From Candidatus Aminicenantes bacterium (lineage in GTDB: Bacteria; Acidobacteriota; Aminicenantia; Aminicenantales; UBA4085): a stretch of 64,000 nucleotides of DNA. Numbering within the stretch: position 1 is the first letter of the stretch; each line of letters starts with the position of its first letter. The stretch lies in contig JAUYDS010000118.1 of NCBI GenBank assembly GCA_030691735.1, positions 21,536 through 85,535 on the forward strand, in the 5' to 3' direction. This document shows, piece by piece, positions 55,773 through 64,000 of this stretch. Under the pieces are notes generated by a model. The model was not told where the DNA came from. It saw only the letters and a program-made list of their open reading frames with translations, and did not search any database. Both the position numbers and the translations under genes were made by a program.

Positions 55773-56145
55773 TCTTCTCAGGAAGCTCGAGCGGGCCGCC
55801 GCGCCGCCGGATTTCGAACGGCGGGTGATGGCCCAGCTGGCGCGGAGACGGGCGGAACTTCCGCAGGTCCGTCGGGCCCAGGTCTTTCGGTATTCGCTGG
55901 CGGGAGCCGCGGCCGCGCTCCTCGTCTGTTTCCTGGCCCTCAACGTCTTTGTCCTGCGGAGCGGCCCGGACCGGCTGATGATAGCCGGCCGGGACAGGCT
56001 GGAATCGGCGTCTGCCGGCGGCGTCGTCTCCATCACCGAACCGCTGAGCTACAGGAACGAGGTCCGCAGCGTCTCCTATGAGCCGCAGACCGTCTATATT
56101 TTGGAGCAGGTCTCCAACGCTTCCAATAAATATATTCGTTATTAA
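55760..56145 (+). CDS. Putative anti-sigma factor (single TM)
   Basis: Small ORF overlapping the sigma gene end; one TM helix (AALLVCFLALNVFVL); positional inference. Confidence 0.55.
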
Positions 56146-56160
56146 GGAGGATTTCAGCCT

Positions 56161-57840
56161 ATGATGACAAGAACCATAAAAACCATCGCCCTTCCGGCCG
56201 CCTTCCTGATGATCGCGACCCTCGGCGCGCAGGCCGCGCCGATCGATCCGGCGAAGTCGGGCCTCGGCGAACAGAAGATCGAAGAGATCACCAAGATGGT
56301 CGCGCCGTCCGTCGTCCGGGTCGAAGCCCGCAACGGCATGCGCAAGGTCGCCACGGGCGTCGTCATCAACAAGGACGGCTATATCGTCACGACCGCCCTC
56401 ATCTCCCCGCGCGACGAGGAGATCAGCGTCCTGACCACGGACGGAAAACGGCTCAAGGCCGAATTCAAGGGCCTCGACACGCAGACCCACGTCGCCTTGA
56501 TCCAAGTGAAGGAAAAAGGGCTGACGCCGATCGCCCTGGGCAAGGCGGCCGACATGAAGCCGGGCGCCTGGATCGGCGTCGTCGGCCTGTCGCCGGAGAA
56601 CACCGCGGCCGTGACGCAGGGCATCGTCAGCTCGGTCGCCGCCGACAAGCTGCGGCTGAACGTCTGGGTCGTCCCCGGCATGAGCGGCAGTCCCGTGGTC
56701 AACGGGTCCGGCCAGATGGTCGGCCTGCTCCGCGGCGCCTACACGGACGAACAGCCCTTCGTCTTCGAGTTCCGGGAGCAGCAGGTCGTCGGCTCCGGGA
56801 CGGTCATCAGCCGGGCCGAGGCTCCCTCCTCCGGCATGGCCCTGGCCGTTCCCGTCGACATCGTTCAGTCCATCGCTTCGGACCTCGAAAAGAAAGGCAA
56901 GGTCGAGCGCGGCTGGCTGGGCGTCCAGGCCGGGGAGCGGCAGGACGGCAAGCTCGAGGTCGCCGAGGTCGAGCCCAAGAGCCCGGCCGAGCTGGCCAAA
57001 ATCAAAGAAGGCGATGTCATCGTCAAGATCGACGGCAAGGACATCGCTTCAGGCGAAGCGCTGCAGTGGGAGATCCGGAGCCGGAAGCCCGGCCAGGACA
57101 TCACGGTCAGGATCGAGCGCAACGGCAAGCCGCAGGACCTCAAGGTCAAACTCGGCGAATACACCGAAGAGGACGCCAAGAGGGAGCTGTTCCAAGCCTT
57201 CCCAAGGCTCTTCCCGCCGGAAACCCCGGCTCCCGGACGCTCCGCTCCTCAGGCCCAGCCCAAGGTCTGGGCCCTGCCCAAAGGCAAGTTGGGCATCCTT
57301 CCGTTCGCCTGGGAATCGAGAAAATTCATCGGCGTGACGCTCCAGGAACTGAACAAAGACTCGGTCGGGGCGCTGTTCGGGATCAAGGACGGGATCGGCC
57401 TCCTCGTGGCCGAGATCACCGCCGACGGACCGGCCGCCAAAGCCGGTCTCAAGGTCGGCGACCTCATCCTGAAGGCCGACGGCAAGCGCCTCCAGGCCGT
57501 GAGCGAACTGAGCGATATGCTCCAGGACAAGAAAAAAGGCGACAAGGTCAAGATCGAGCTCATGCGGGACAAGAAGACGATGACCTTGGACATCGAGATC
57601 GGAGAAGAAGAGAGCGGTCCGGAGGAACTCCTTTTCCGCGGTCTCAGCGATTATTCCACGACCATGCCGGAGCTTCTGAAGCGAAACGATGAGTCGAGCA
57701 AGAAGCAGATCGAGGAGTTCTTTCGGAAGAACGAAGAGACGGTCAAAAAGTTCCAGGACGAGCTGAAAAAGAAATCGACGATCCGGAATGAATACGGAAA
57801 GATCATCCGCATTATCAGTGATTCCGGCGAGATCGAATAA
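56161..57840 (+). CDS. HtrA/DegP-like trypsin-fold protein with two PDZ domains, non-canonical catalytic residues
   Basis: Signal peptide; trypsin-like domain with GMSGSP (Ser present) but YIVTTALIS in place of YVVTNNHVV (His->Leu) and THVALIQ in place of SDIALIQ (Asp->His); two PDZ domains. Confidence 0.65.
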   Translation: MMTRTIKTIALPAAFLMIATLGAQAAPIDPAKSGLGEQKIEEITKMVAPSVVRVEARNGMRKVATGVVINKDGYIVTTALISPRDEEISVLTTDGKRLKAEFKGLDTQTHVALIQVKEKGLTPIALGKAADMKPGAWIGVVGLSPENTAAVTQGIVSSVAADKLRLNVWVVPGMSGSPVVNGSGQMVGLLRGAYTDEQPFVFEFREQQVVGSGTVISRAEAPSSGMALAVPVDIVQSIASDLEKKGKVERGWLGVQAGERQDGKLEVAEVEPKSPAELAKIKEGDVIVKIDGKDIASGEALQWEIRSRKPGQDITVRIERNGKPQDLKVKLGEYTEEDAKRELFQAFPRLFPPETPAPGRSAPQAQPKVWALPKGKLGILPFAWESRKFIGVTLQELNKDSVGALFGIKDGIGLLVAEITADGPAAKAGLKVGDLILKADGKRLQAVSELSDMLQDKKKGDKVKIELMRDKKTMTLDIEIGEEESGPEELLFRGLSDYSTTMPELLKRNDESSKKQIEEFFRKNEETVKKFQDELKKKSTIRNEYGKIIRIISDSGEIE

Positions 57841-57980
57841 AATAAATGCAAGGAATAGAGTGTCGTCGTAATGACAATTAGGAAAAGGTGTGATTGCCAC
57901 GTCATCACGCTCTCGCGTGATGGCTCGCAATGACTTTAAAAATTATAATGTCATCGTCATTCTCCCTTCGGTCGCCTTTT

Positions 57981-58562
57981 TTACAGATCAAGCCATTTAT
58001 CGAGATACTCTTCGAATTCCTCGGGTGAAAGCCGCGGGCCCTCGAACAATCCCTTGCCCAGCCTCTGCCGCAGGGCTTCATAGAGAATGATCCCCACCGA
58101 GACCGACAGATTCAGGCTCTGGACCATCCCAAACATAGGGATCTTGATCTTGTAGTCGGCGTATCGCAGCGCCTCGAGCGAGATGCCTTCGGATTCACTG
58201 CCGAAGACGACGGCGAGCGGCTGGGTATAATCCACTTGGGTGTGGAAAACGGCGTCCGGGCCGAGATGCGTGGCGGCGATCTTGAAACCCTGCTTCTTAA
58301 GCTCGAGCAGGCAATCCTTGGTCTTGGGGTAGAAATGAAAATTCAGCCATTTGTCGGCGCGGGTGGTGATCGCCTGGTTGATGGGCAGGGGATCCTCGCT
58401 CGAGCCGATGACGTCCACGTGCATGATCCCGGCCGCGTCGCAGGTCCGGAGCGCGGCGCTGGCGTTGTGAGCGTTGGTGACCTGTTCGAGGACGACCCGC
58501 AGGTCGGGTTGACGGAGGGACAGGACCCGCCTGACCTTCGCCATGCGTTCTTCGGTCGGCAT
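57981..58562 (-). CDS. trmH: tRNA (guanosine-2'-O)-methyltransferase, SpoU/TrmH family
   Basis: SPOUT motifs (NLGAILRTADAAG-like NASAALRTCDAAG; VVFGSESEGIS; IPMFGMVQSLNLSV). Confidence 0.85.
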   Translation of the reverse strand: MPTEERMAKVRRVLSLRQPDLRVVLEQVTNAHNASAALRTCDAAGIMHVDVIGSSEDPLPINQAITTRADKWLNFHFYPKTKDCLLELKKQGFKIAATHLGPDAVFHTQVDYTQPLAVVFGSESEGISLEALRYADYKIKIPMFGMVQSLNLSVSVGIILYEALRQRLGKGLFEGPRLSPEEFEEYLDKWLDL

Positions 58563-58638
58563 AGCTTGACTATAGCAGAGTCATTTCGGCGGGGTCAAAC
58601 CTCATTTTCAGGAAAAGCGGATGTCCATCCGCCTCGCT

Positions 58639-59193
58639 TTAGGGAAGGAGGAGCAATTTGGCGATCAGGATGCCATAAGTGATGAGGGAGCCGGCGAGTG
58701 CCCGGTATTCCTTGTTCTTTTGATAGAGCGCCCCGTCGAATTTCGTTCCGCCCGGACCCATGACCCGCTTCCACCGGGGCAAGAACAGCGGGACTTTCTT
58801 TCTATATTCCTCGTACTCCTTGGGGAAAAGCCGTTTCATGCGCTCCCGTTCCTCGAGGATGACCGGCGGGTAGAAGATGAGGAAATAGGCGACGAAAAGC
58901 CCCCCGCACCACCAGGAGTGAGTGGCGAGGGCGATGCTCAGACCAAGGAGGAAGTTCCCGAAATAGAGGGGATTCCGGGTGTATCGATACGGCCCGGACA
59001 CGGCCAGCGATTTTTCTTTTCGGATGTGGCCCGAGGCCCAGGCCCGGATGAACAGGCCGAGGGCGCAGACGGCGAGACCGATGAAAATCGACCGCCAGGT
59101 CGGCCTGGCCAGGACGAGGATCGCGACGAGGACGAACAACCCGGACCGGACCCGCCACCGGTAGATCGTCCTGGCGGTCTTGGATTCAGGCAT
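58639..59193 (-). CDS. Isoprenylcysteine carboxyl methyltransferase (ICMT/PEMT) family membrane methyltransferase
   Basis: SGPYRYTRNPLYFG motif; 4-5 TM segments. Confidence 0.75.
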   Translation of the reverse strand: MPESKTARTIYRWRVRSGLFVLVAILVLARPTWRSIFIGLAVCALGLFIRAWASGHIRKEKSLAVSGPYRYTRNPLYFGNFLLGLSIALATHSWWCGGLFVAYFLIFYPPVILEERERMKRLFPKEYEEYRKKVPLFLPRWKRVMGPGGTKFDGALYQKNKEYRALAGSLITYGILIAKLLLLP

Positions 59194-60172
59194 TTTCCTT
59201 GAGACTCAGTCGGACCATGGCCGAAACTTCCGCGGGCGTCACGAGCTTCAGGCACTCCATGGAATCACAGGAGCGCTTGTAGCACGAACTGCAGGCGATC
59301 TCATGATAAACGAACTTGTCCCGCGAATGAAAGGGGCCGTTCCTTTTCGGGGTCGTCGGGCCGAAGATCCCGACGACCGGAACGGACAGGGCACAGGCCG
59401 CCTGCATGGCGAACGTGTCGCCGCTCACGACGAGCGCCGACTCCTTGATCAAGGCTAGACTTTCCTGGACAGAGAGAAACGGGGCCAGGGGAACGCCCGT
59501 GGCTTGGTTCACGCGCTTGGCTAGGGTTTCTTCCTCCGGGGTTCCCCACAGGAGTAGGGGAGTCATGGACTCGTTCTTGAGGTCATTAAGGACGGCGATC
59601 CAGCTCTCGGGAAACCAGCGCTTCGTCGGCCAGGCCGCGCCGACGTTGAACAGCACGAGCTGTTTGCTCGCGGGGGGGATGATGTCCGCGATTTTTTTCT
59701 TCATGGAATTCCGGAGGGTCTCCGGGAGATCGAGTGGAAATTCATATTTGTCTTCGCTGATCCCCGCCAAGCGGAGGAGCCGCAGGTTCTTGCCGATGAC
59801 ATGGCCGGTTTCGGAGGCCTCTTCGAGCCGGTCGGTATAGAACAAGGCGGCCGAAGGCTCTTTCAGGTTCTTGCGATGGAACCCGAACCGTTTCCGGGAA
59901 CCGGATATCCGGGTGATGAATCCGGACTTGAGGAGACCCTGGAAGTCGAATGCGGCCTGATCGGGATTCCTGAGCTTTTTTCGCCAGCCGGGCGATCCGA
60001 CGACGACGATCTCGTCGATGCCGCGAACAAAGTCGAGGATGTCCTTGCCTTTGGGCTCGACGACCCAGGCGATGCGAGCGGCCGGAAAATTCTTGCGCAA
60101 AGCCGCGAACGCCGGCAGGGTGTGGATGATATCGCCCAGCGAACTCATCCGGATGATCAGGATGTTTTGCAT
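59186..60172 (-). CDS. Glycosyltransferase family 9 (ADP-heptose:LPS heptosyltransferase)
   Basis: ILIIRMSSLGDIIHTLPAF N-terminal signature of GT9. Confidence 0.85.
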   Translation of the reverse strand: MQNILIIRMSSLGDIIHTLPAFAALRKNFPAARIAWVVEPKGKDILDFVRGIDEIVVVGSPGWRKKLRNPDQAAFDFQGLLKSGFITRISGSRKRFGFHRKNLKEPSAALFYTDRLEEASETGHVIGKNLRLLRLAGISEDKYEFPLDLPETLRNSMKKKIADIIPPASKQLVLFNVGAAWPTKRWFPESWIAVLNDLKNESMTPLLLWGTPEEETLAKRVNQATGVPLAPFLSVQESLALIKESALVVSGDTFAMQAACALSVPVVGIFGPTTPKRNGPFHSRDKFVYHEIACSSCYKRSCDSMECLKLVTPAEVSAMVRLSLKENA

Positions 60173-60175
60173 GAC

Positions 60176-60676
60176 CTAGATGCGGGATCTCCGTCGCCGC
60201 TTGTTGAATTTGCCTAAAATGCGGGGGATGACCTCGGACGTGGAGCGGATCTTCGGCCCGCCGGCAATGGCGATCCGCCCTCCGTAGGCCAGAACGGTCT
60301 CTCTCTCCGGAACGGTTTTTTTGGTGTAATCCGAGCCCTTGGCATGGACGTCCGGTTTGAGCGTCCTCAGGATCCTTTCGACGTTCGGCTCCTTGAAGAT
60401 CGTGAGATAGTCGATGCAGGCGAACGCGGCGAGGATCTCGGCGCGCTCTCGCTCGGGCAGGATGGGCCGCCCCGGTCCTTTGAGCCTCCGGATCGAGGCA
60501 TCGCTGTTGAGGGCGACGATCAGGACGTCGCCGCATTTTTTGGCGGCCAGCAGATACCGGATATGCCCGGCGTGGACGAGGTCGAAGCCTCCGTTGGCCA
60601 GGACGATGGTCCGGCCTCTGTTCCGTTCCCGGCGGACGATCTCCCGGAGCCGGGAGAGAGATTTGAGCTTCTTCAC
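60176..60676 (-). CDS. D-glycero-beta-D-manno-heptose 1-phosphate adenylyltransferase (HldE domain II as separate gene)
   Basis: Cytidylyltransferase-like motif IVLANGGFDLVHAGHIRYL; GTG start overlapping the stop of the upstream kinase gene (GTGA). Confidence 0.8.
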   Translation of the reverse strand: MKKLKSLSRLREIVRRERNRGRTIVLANGGFDLVHAGHIRYLLAAKKCGDVLIVALNSDASIRRLKGPGRPILPERERAEILAAFACIDYLTIFKEPNVERILRTLKPDVHAKGSDYTKKTVPERETVLAYGGRIAIAGGPKIRSTSEVIPRILGKFNKRRRRSRI

Positions 60677-61680
60677 TGTTCGGCGACGATGGCCTGTTTG
60701 AGTTCGAGCGGCGTCACTGTGGCCGTCCCTTTCTTCATGACCACGATGCCGCCGGCGAAGTTGGCCAAACGGGCGGCCTGGAGGAACGTTGCCCCGCAGG
60801 CCAGGGCGGCCGTGAAGACGCTGATGACGGTGTCGCCGGCGCCCGTGACGTCGACGATGTCCGTCGTCCCGAAGATGGGAAGATGGACCGGCGGCTTGCC
60901 CTTCTGAAAAAGGGCCATCCCTTTGGACCCCCGGGTGATGAGAAGCGCGGGCGATTGAAGCTTTTTGAGAAGTATTCGTCCGGCCTCGACCAACCGATCC
61001 GGGTCGTCGTCGAGCCGGATCTTCAGGGCTTCTTCGACTTCGGGCTCGTTGGGCGTGGCGATGGTGACGCCGGCGAAGCGGAGGAGCCTGAACCGGGAGT
61101 CCAGCGCCACCGCCAGACCGGCTTTTTTGAGCGACGGGAGCGCGGCCTTGAAGAGGTCCTCTTTGACCGTATCGTAGTGGTAATCCGAGATGAGCAGGGC
61201 GTCGCACTCCTTCTCCGCCTTATGGAGGGCTTGCCGGATCTTCTGTTTTAGGGCGGCGGTATCCGGGACGCGGCCTTCGCGGTCGATGCGCAGGATCTGC
61301 TGCTTCTTCGTGTTCTCCTCGCCGGCCAGGATACGAGTTTTGAGGGGAGTAGCGTAGCCTCTTTCCACGATCAAGCCGTCCGTGGCGATGCCGCGTTTTT
61401 TCAGGATATTCCTGACGGCCCGTCCCGATTCGTCGGCGCCGACGACGCCGATGGGAACCGGCTCTACGCCGAGCGCCCGCAGGTTGAGGAGCGAATTGCC
61501 CGCGCCGCCCAGGGTGAATTCTTTTTTGTGATAGGACAGGATCAGCACCGGAGCTTCACGCGAGATCCGCCGCGTGGTCCCGAAGAGATATTCGTCCAAG
61601 ATGATATCGCCCCAGACCGCGATGCGGACAAGAGGGAATTTGTCGATGACGGCGAACAGTTCCCGGATGTGCTCTTTCAT
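60673..61680 (-). CDS. D-glycero-beta-D-manno-heptose 7-phosphate kinase (HldE domain I / RfaE1, PfkB family)
   Basis: PfkB carbohydrate kinase motifs (GGAGN..., DVTGAGDT); start at the internal Met MKEHIREL of ORF 60673..61809. Confidence 0.8.
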   Translation of the reverse strand: MKEHIRELFAVIDKFPLVRIAVWGDIILDEYLFGTTRRISREAPVLILSYHKKEFTLGGAGNSLLNLRALGVEPVPIGVVGADESGRAVRNILKKRGIATDGLIVERGYATPLKTRILAGEENTKKQQILRIDREGRVPDTAALKQKIRQALHKAEKECDALLISDYHYDTVKEDLFKAALPSLKKAGLAVALDSRFRLLRFAGVTIATPNEPEVEEALKIRLDDDPDRLVEAGRILLKKLQSPALLITRGSKGMALFQKGKPPVHLPIFGTTDIVDVTGAGDTVISVFTAALACGATFLQAARLANFAGGIVVMKKGTATVTPLELKQAIVAEQ

Positions 61681-61772
61681 GGGCGTGTTCTGTCTCAAAT
61701 TTTTATCAGAATTGGGGGAAAAGGTCAAATTCCGTTGAAAAAGCCGCCGAAATCGACTATAACTTAACGCGC

Positions 61773-61858
61773 GCCGGAGTGGCGGAACTGGCAGACGCGC
61801 TGGACTCAAAATCCAGTCCCTGGAAACAGGGGTGTGGGTTCGATTCCCTCCTCCGGCA
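61773..61858 (+). tRNA. tRNA-Leu (anticodon CAA)
   Basis: Acceptor GCCGGAG/CTCCGGC, anticodon loop CTCAAAA, long variable arm, T-arm GGTTCGATTCC. Confidence 0.85.
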
Positions 61859-62274
61859 CACTCTCAACACTTTATAAATAAGTAAGTTACGAGGGCCTCC
61901 GAATAGGTCCGTCCCCCTCTTTCGGTTCATGGTCAATGGAGCCAAAATACCATAAAATACGCAAGTTTCAACCCTCAACACAAAAGGTGAGACGAAAGGT
62001 CGTTTTCCCTCGCCCCCGCAAAAAAGCGGAAAGAAAATGGAGTGTCTTTTTTCGCCATAGATTCGGCCAATGAATCTATTCGACGTTGGACATCGCCGGC
62101 CACGTCAAATTTTGTTCGCATTTTCGGGGCCATCGTTCCTTCTTCAATTGGCTGCCTGTAACATGACGAGATCGTAAGCTCGAGCCATTGAGCGATGAAC
62201 CTTTATCTCTTCTTTATTATGGGCTTTACGCCAATGCCCACCGGGGAAAGGTGCGGAAAGCGGGCGTCTCCCCC

Positions 62275-62310
62275 TTGACTCATTACGGCCACAAAGAAGT
62301 ATAATGACCA
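62275..62310 (+). promoter_or_regulatory. Near-consensus sigma70 promoter (TTGACT...TATAAT) in the AT-rich islet
   Basis: TTGACT 62275-62280, TATAAT 62300-62305 (18-19 nt spacer). Confidence 0.4.
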
Positions 62311-62398
62311 TCCAGCGTCGCTTCGCTCCGATCAGTGGCCGTTTTGAACCGGAATCACTGGCCGGATTGACCGGAATATACAAGAAGGGGAGGTTATA

Positions 62399-62560
62399 AT
62401 GGGAGTCCTTCACAACGGGAAAGAAAAGTTAGAAAATCTTATAAGAAAAACTAGAATTCAAAGGAACGAGCAGAAAAAGAGGACACAAAGAAAGAGCGAA
62501 AAAAATAAGCTTATATTGCAGCTTACGATTCCTTCCCGTCGGGGAAGAAGAAAAAAATGA
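62399..62560 (+). CDS. Hypothetical small highly basic protein (53 aa, Lys/Arg-rich, rare codons)
   Basis: RBS AAGGGGAGG 6 nt upstream of ATG; below the 60-aa cut-off of the ORF track; AGA/AGG/ATA/TTA codons atypical for the rest of the window. Confidence 0.3.
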   Translation: MGVLHNGKEKLENLIRKTRIQRNEQKKRTQRKSEKNKLILQLTIPSRRGRRKK

Positions 62561-62615
62561 TTACAGTCAATAATCTTGATTGAAAAAAACAATTTAAGCT
62601 TTAAAGGAGTTAACA

Positions 62616-62852
62616 GTGAAAGAACTCGTTGAAATGATTGTCAAATCATTAGTGGACAAGCCAGACCAAGTGAAGGTTTCCCAATTAGACGGCCAACAGA
62701 GCTCAATCATCGAATTAAATGTTGCTCCGGAAGATGTAGGTAAGGTTATTGGGAAGCAGGGAAGAAACGTTCAGGCCATCAGAGTTATTTTGGGTGCTGC
62801 AGGAATGAAGCTGAAAAAGAGAATTAATCTCGAGATTATAGAAAAAAGATAA
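62616..62852 (+). CDS. KH-domain RNA-binding protein KhpA-like
   Basis: MKELVEMIVKSLVDKPDQVKVSQ......IELNVAPEDVGKVIGKQGRNVQAIRVIL matches the KhpA/UPF0109 KH fold (GKQG = GxxG loop); RBS AAAGGAG. Confidence 0.7.
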   Translation: MKELVEMIVKSLVDKPDQVKVSQLDGQQSSIIELNVAPEDVGKVIGKQGRNVQAIRVILGAAGMKLKKRINLEIIEKR

Positions 62853-63537
62853 CTTGGTCAGGATGGGAAAATGATTGTCTGTTGGCGTTGATTGTCGTTT
62901 GGCATAAGGGGAAAAAAGAGGAATCACCAAAAAAAGAAGCAAATCAATGACAAAAGAAAAAGAGAAAAGAGACAGAGAAAAAAAAGAAAAGGCGAAAAGA
63001 AAAAGAGAAAAAAGCGGGAAAGAGAAAAATAGAACTTCAAAGGATAAGAATTTCGTTTTCCGCTACACTGGCTGAATAAGCATTCATCCGCCGGTTTTAC
63101 CTCGTCCCATCCTCAGGGATGATAAATCGTGACAAGATGGGATTTCAAATCGAGTTTAAAATAGCGGAAGGCGGGCCAAGGAACCGCGGGCAAGCTCAAG
63201 AACGCCGGACTCCCTGCTGCCTACGTCGAAACGGAACTTCAGCCAGTTAAACAATATCTCCTTCCGTTCGTTGGGGCCTACGAGATCGCCACGTCGCTTC
63301 GCTCCTCGCGATGACAGGCTCTATCGGCAATTTTGGGCTCCGTCAGAAGACTTGCTCCCGCCGCAGATTGTCATTAAACTTAAGTTCTAATCTTCATAGA
63401 AAACATGGACAGCAAGAGAATGGGGACTTCTAGGAAAATCCTGGCAGCTTATCTCGTCCTGCCGCTTATAGGGTCACCACTCCAGAATTACCGTAACACC
63501 GATATTTTTATTTAGATGGAAGCCTAAAGGGGGAGGG

Positions 63538-64000
63538 ATGGGATTAGGAGCAATGATTAAGAAGGGGAAGGGTAATCTTCTCCAAAAAACGGCCCTGGCC
63601 GCATATAAGCTGGCGGTTGTGTTTGCCGCGCTAATTGTCACTCCGGCGGCCGGCCGGGCGGAACCGTGTCCCGGCCCCCAAGCTGCCGCGGAACACATCC
63701 CAGGCCTTTCCGTCCGGCTGACTTCTCCCAACGGCGGCGAAGTCTGGAAAGCCGGAGAAAAGCGGACGATTACCTGGCTTGTTTCTGAAGGGGCTGACAT
63801 CACAGGCATCACCATCCTCTACTCCACGGATTCCGGATCCACGACGGAGCTTGTAAAGAGCCTTCAGGAGAATCCTGCTTCCTTTACCTGGAACGTCCCG
63901 CATCTCGCGTCAACGGGCTGCCTTGTGTTGATCGAAGTGTCCGACTTGAAGGGCAACCGCGCCCGGGATCAAAGTGACTCAACCTTCACCATCACGAAGC
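63538..64000 (+). CDS. Hypothetical secreted protein (N-terminal part; continues past window end)
   Basis: Open frame from ATG 63538 to the window end; signal peptide (LAVVFAALIVTPAAGRA); repeated ...SP.GGE.W..G....I.W... / Y.W.VP pattern of a small beta-sandwich domain. Confidence 0.5.
   Translation, partial: MGLGAMIKKGKGNLLQKTALAAYKLAVVFAALIVTPAAGRAEPCPGPQAAAEHIPGLSVRLTSPNGGEVWKAGEKRTITWLVSEGADITGITILYSTDSGSTTELVKSLQENPASFTWNVPHLASTGCLVLIEVSDLKGNRARDQSDSTFTITK

Noticed and set aside
57841-57980. Imperfect palindromes in the AT-rich spacer between the HtrA-like gene and trmH (for example TCATCACGC-TCTC-GCGTGATGG)
   Set aside because: Stems are short or imperfect and no clear U-tract follows on either strand. 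It could be a weak bidirectional terminator, but I could not support a confident call.
62144-62413. 89-aa minus-strand ORF in the AT-rich islet
   Set aside because: Overlaps the predicted promoter and the small basic ORF on the other strand; no RBS; composition unremarkable. Judged less likely than the plus-strand features, though this is uncertain.

Overview
This is a high-GC (about 63-65%) bacterial chromosomal segment from a Gram-negative (diderm) organism that I cannot place taxonomically; it may belong to a poorly sampled lineage. It carries lipid A/LPS genes (lpxB, lnt, hldE kinase and adenylyltransferase encoded as two genes, a GT9 heptosyltransferase) and pseudopilin genes. Most of the window is core housekeeping: rnc, pyrC, pyrR, ribF, mazG, prfB (classic +1 frameshift site CTT TGA C visible), lnt, coaE, proS, pcm, lpxB, pnp, rpsO, galK, trmH and a DEAD-box helicase. 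These are interleaved with accessory genes. One is a radical SAM enzyme of the AmmeMemoRadiSam type with a twin-arginine-like N-terminus, next to a DUF362 protein. Others are three PilZ-domain proteins around an atypical LuxR regulator and a LicC-like cytidylyltransferase fused to a PLP enzyme, about 3 kb from a CDP-alcohol phosphatidyltransferase. There are also three pseudopilins, a large BNR/Asp-box protein, two M14 carboxypeptidases and two ECF sigma/anti-sigma modules. One ECF module sits with DUF4097/LiaF-like membrane proteins and the other with an HtrA-like protein lacking the canonical catalytic His and Asp. A GH28 polygalacturonase, tRNA-Gly(CCC) and tRNA-Leu(CAA) are also present. 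The most unusual signal is a mosaic, GC-rich palindromic repeat element present in six copies. Two copies lie inside protein-coding genes in the same open reading frame, adding about 34-45 residues to a GH28 enzyme and a PilZ protein, much like Rickettsia palindromic elements. Two further hairpin repeat families occur, one flanking tRNA-Gly. A short AT-rich, rare-codon islet follows tRNA-Leu. Many long antisense ORFs in the six-frame track are high-GC artefacts and were rejected.
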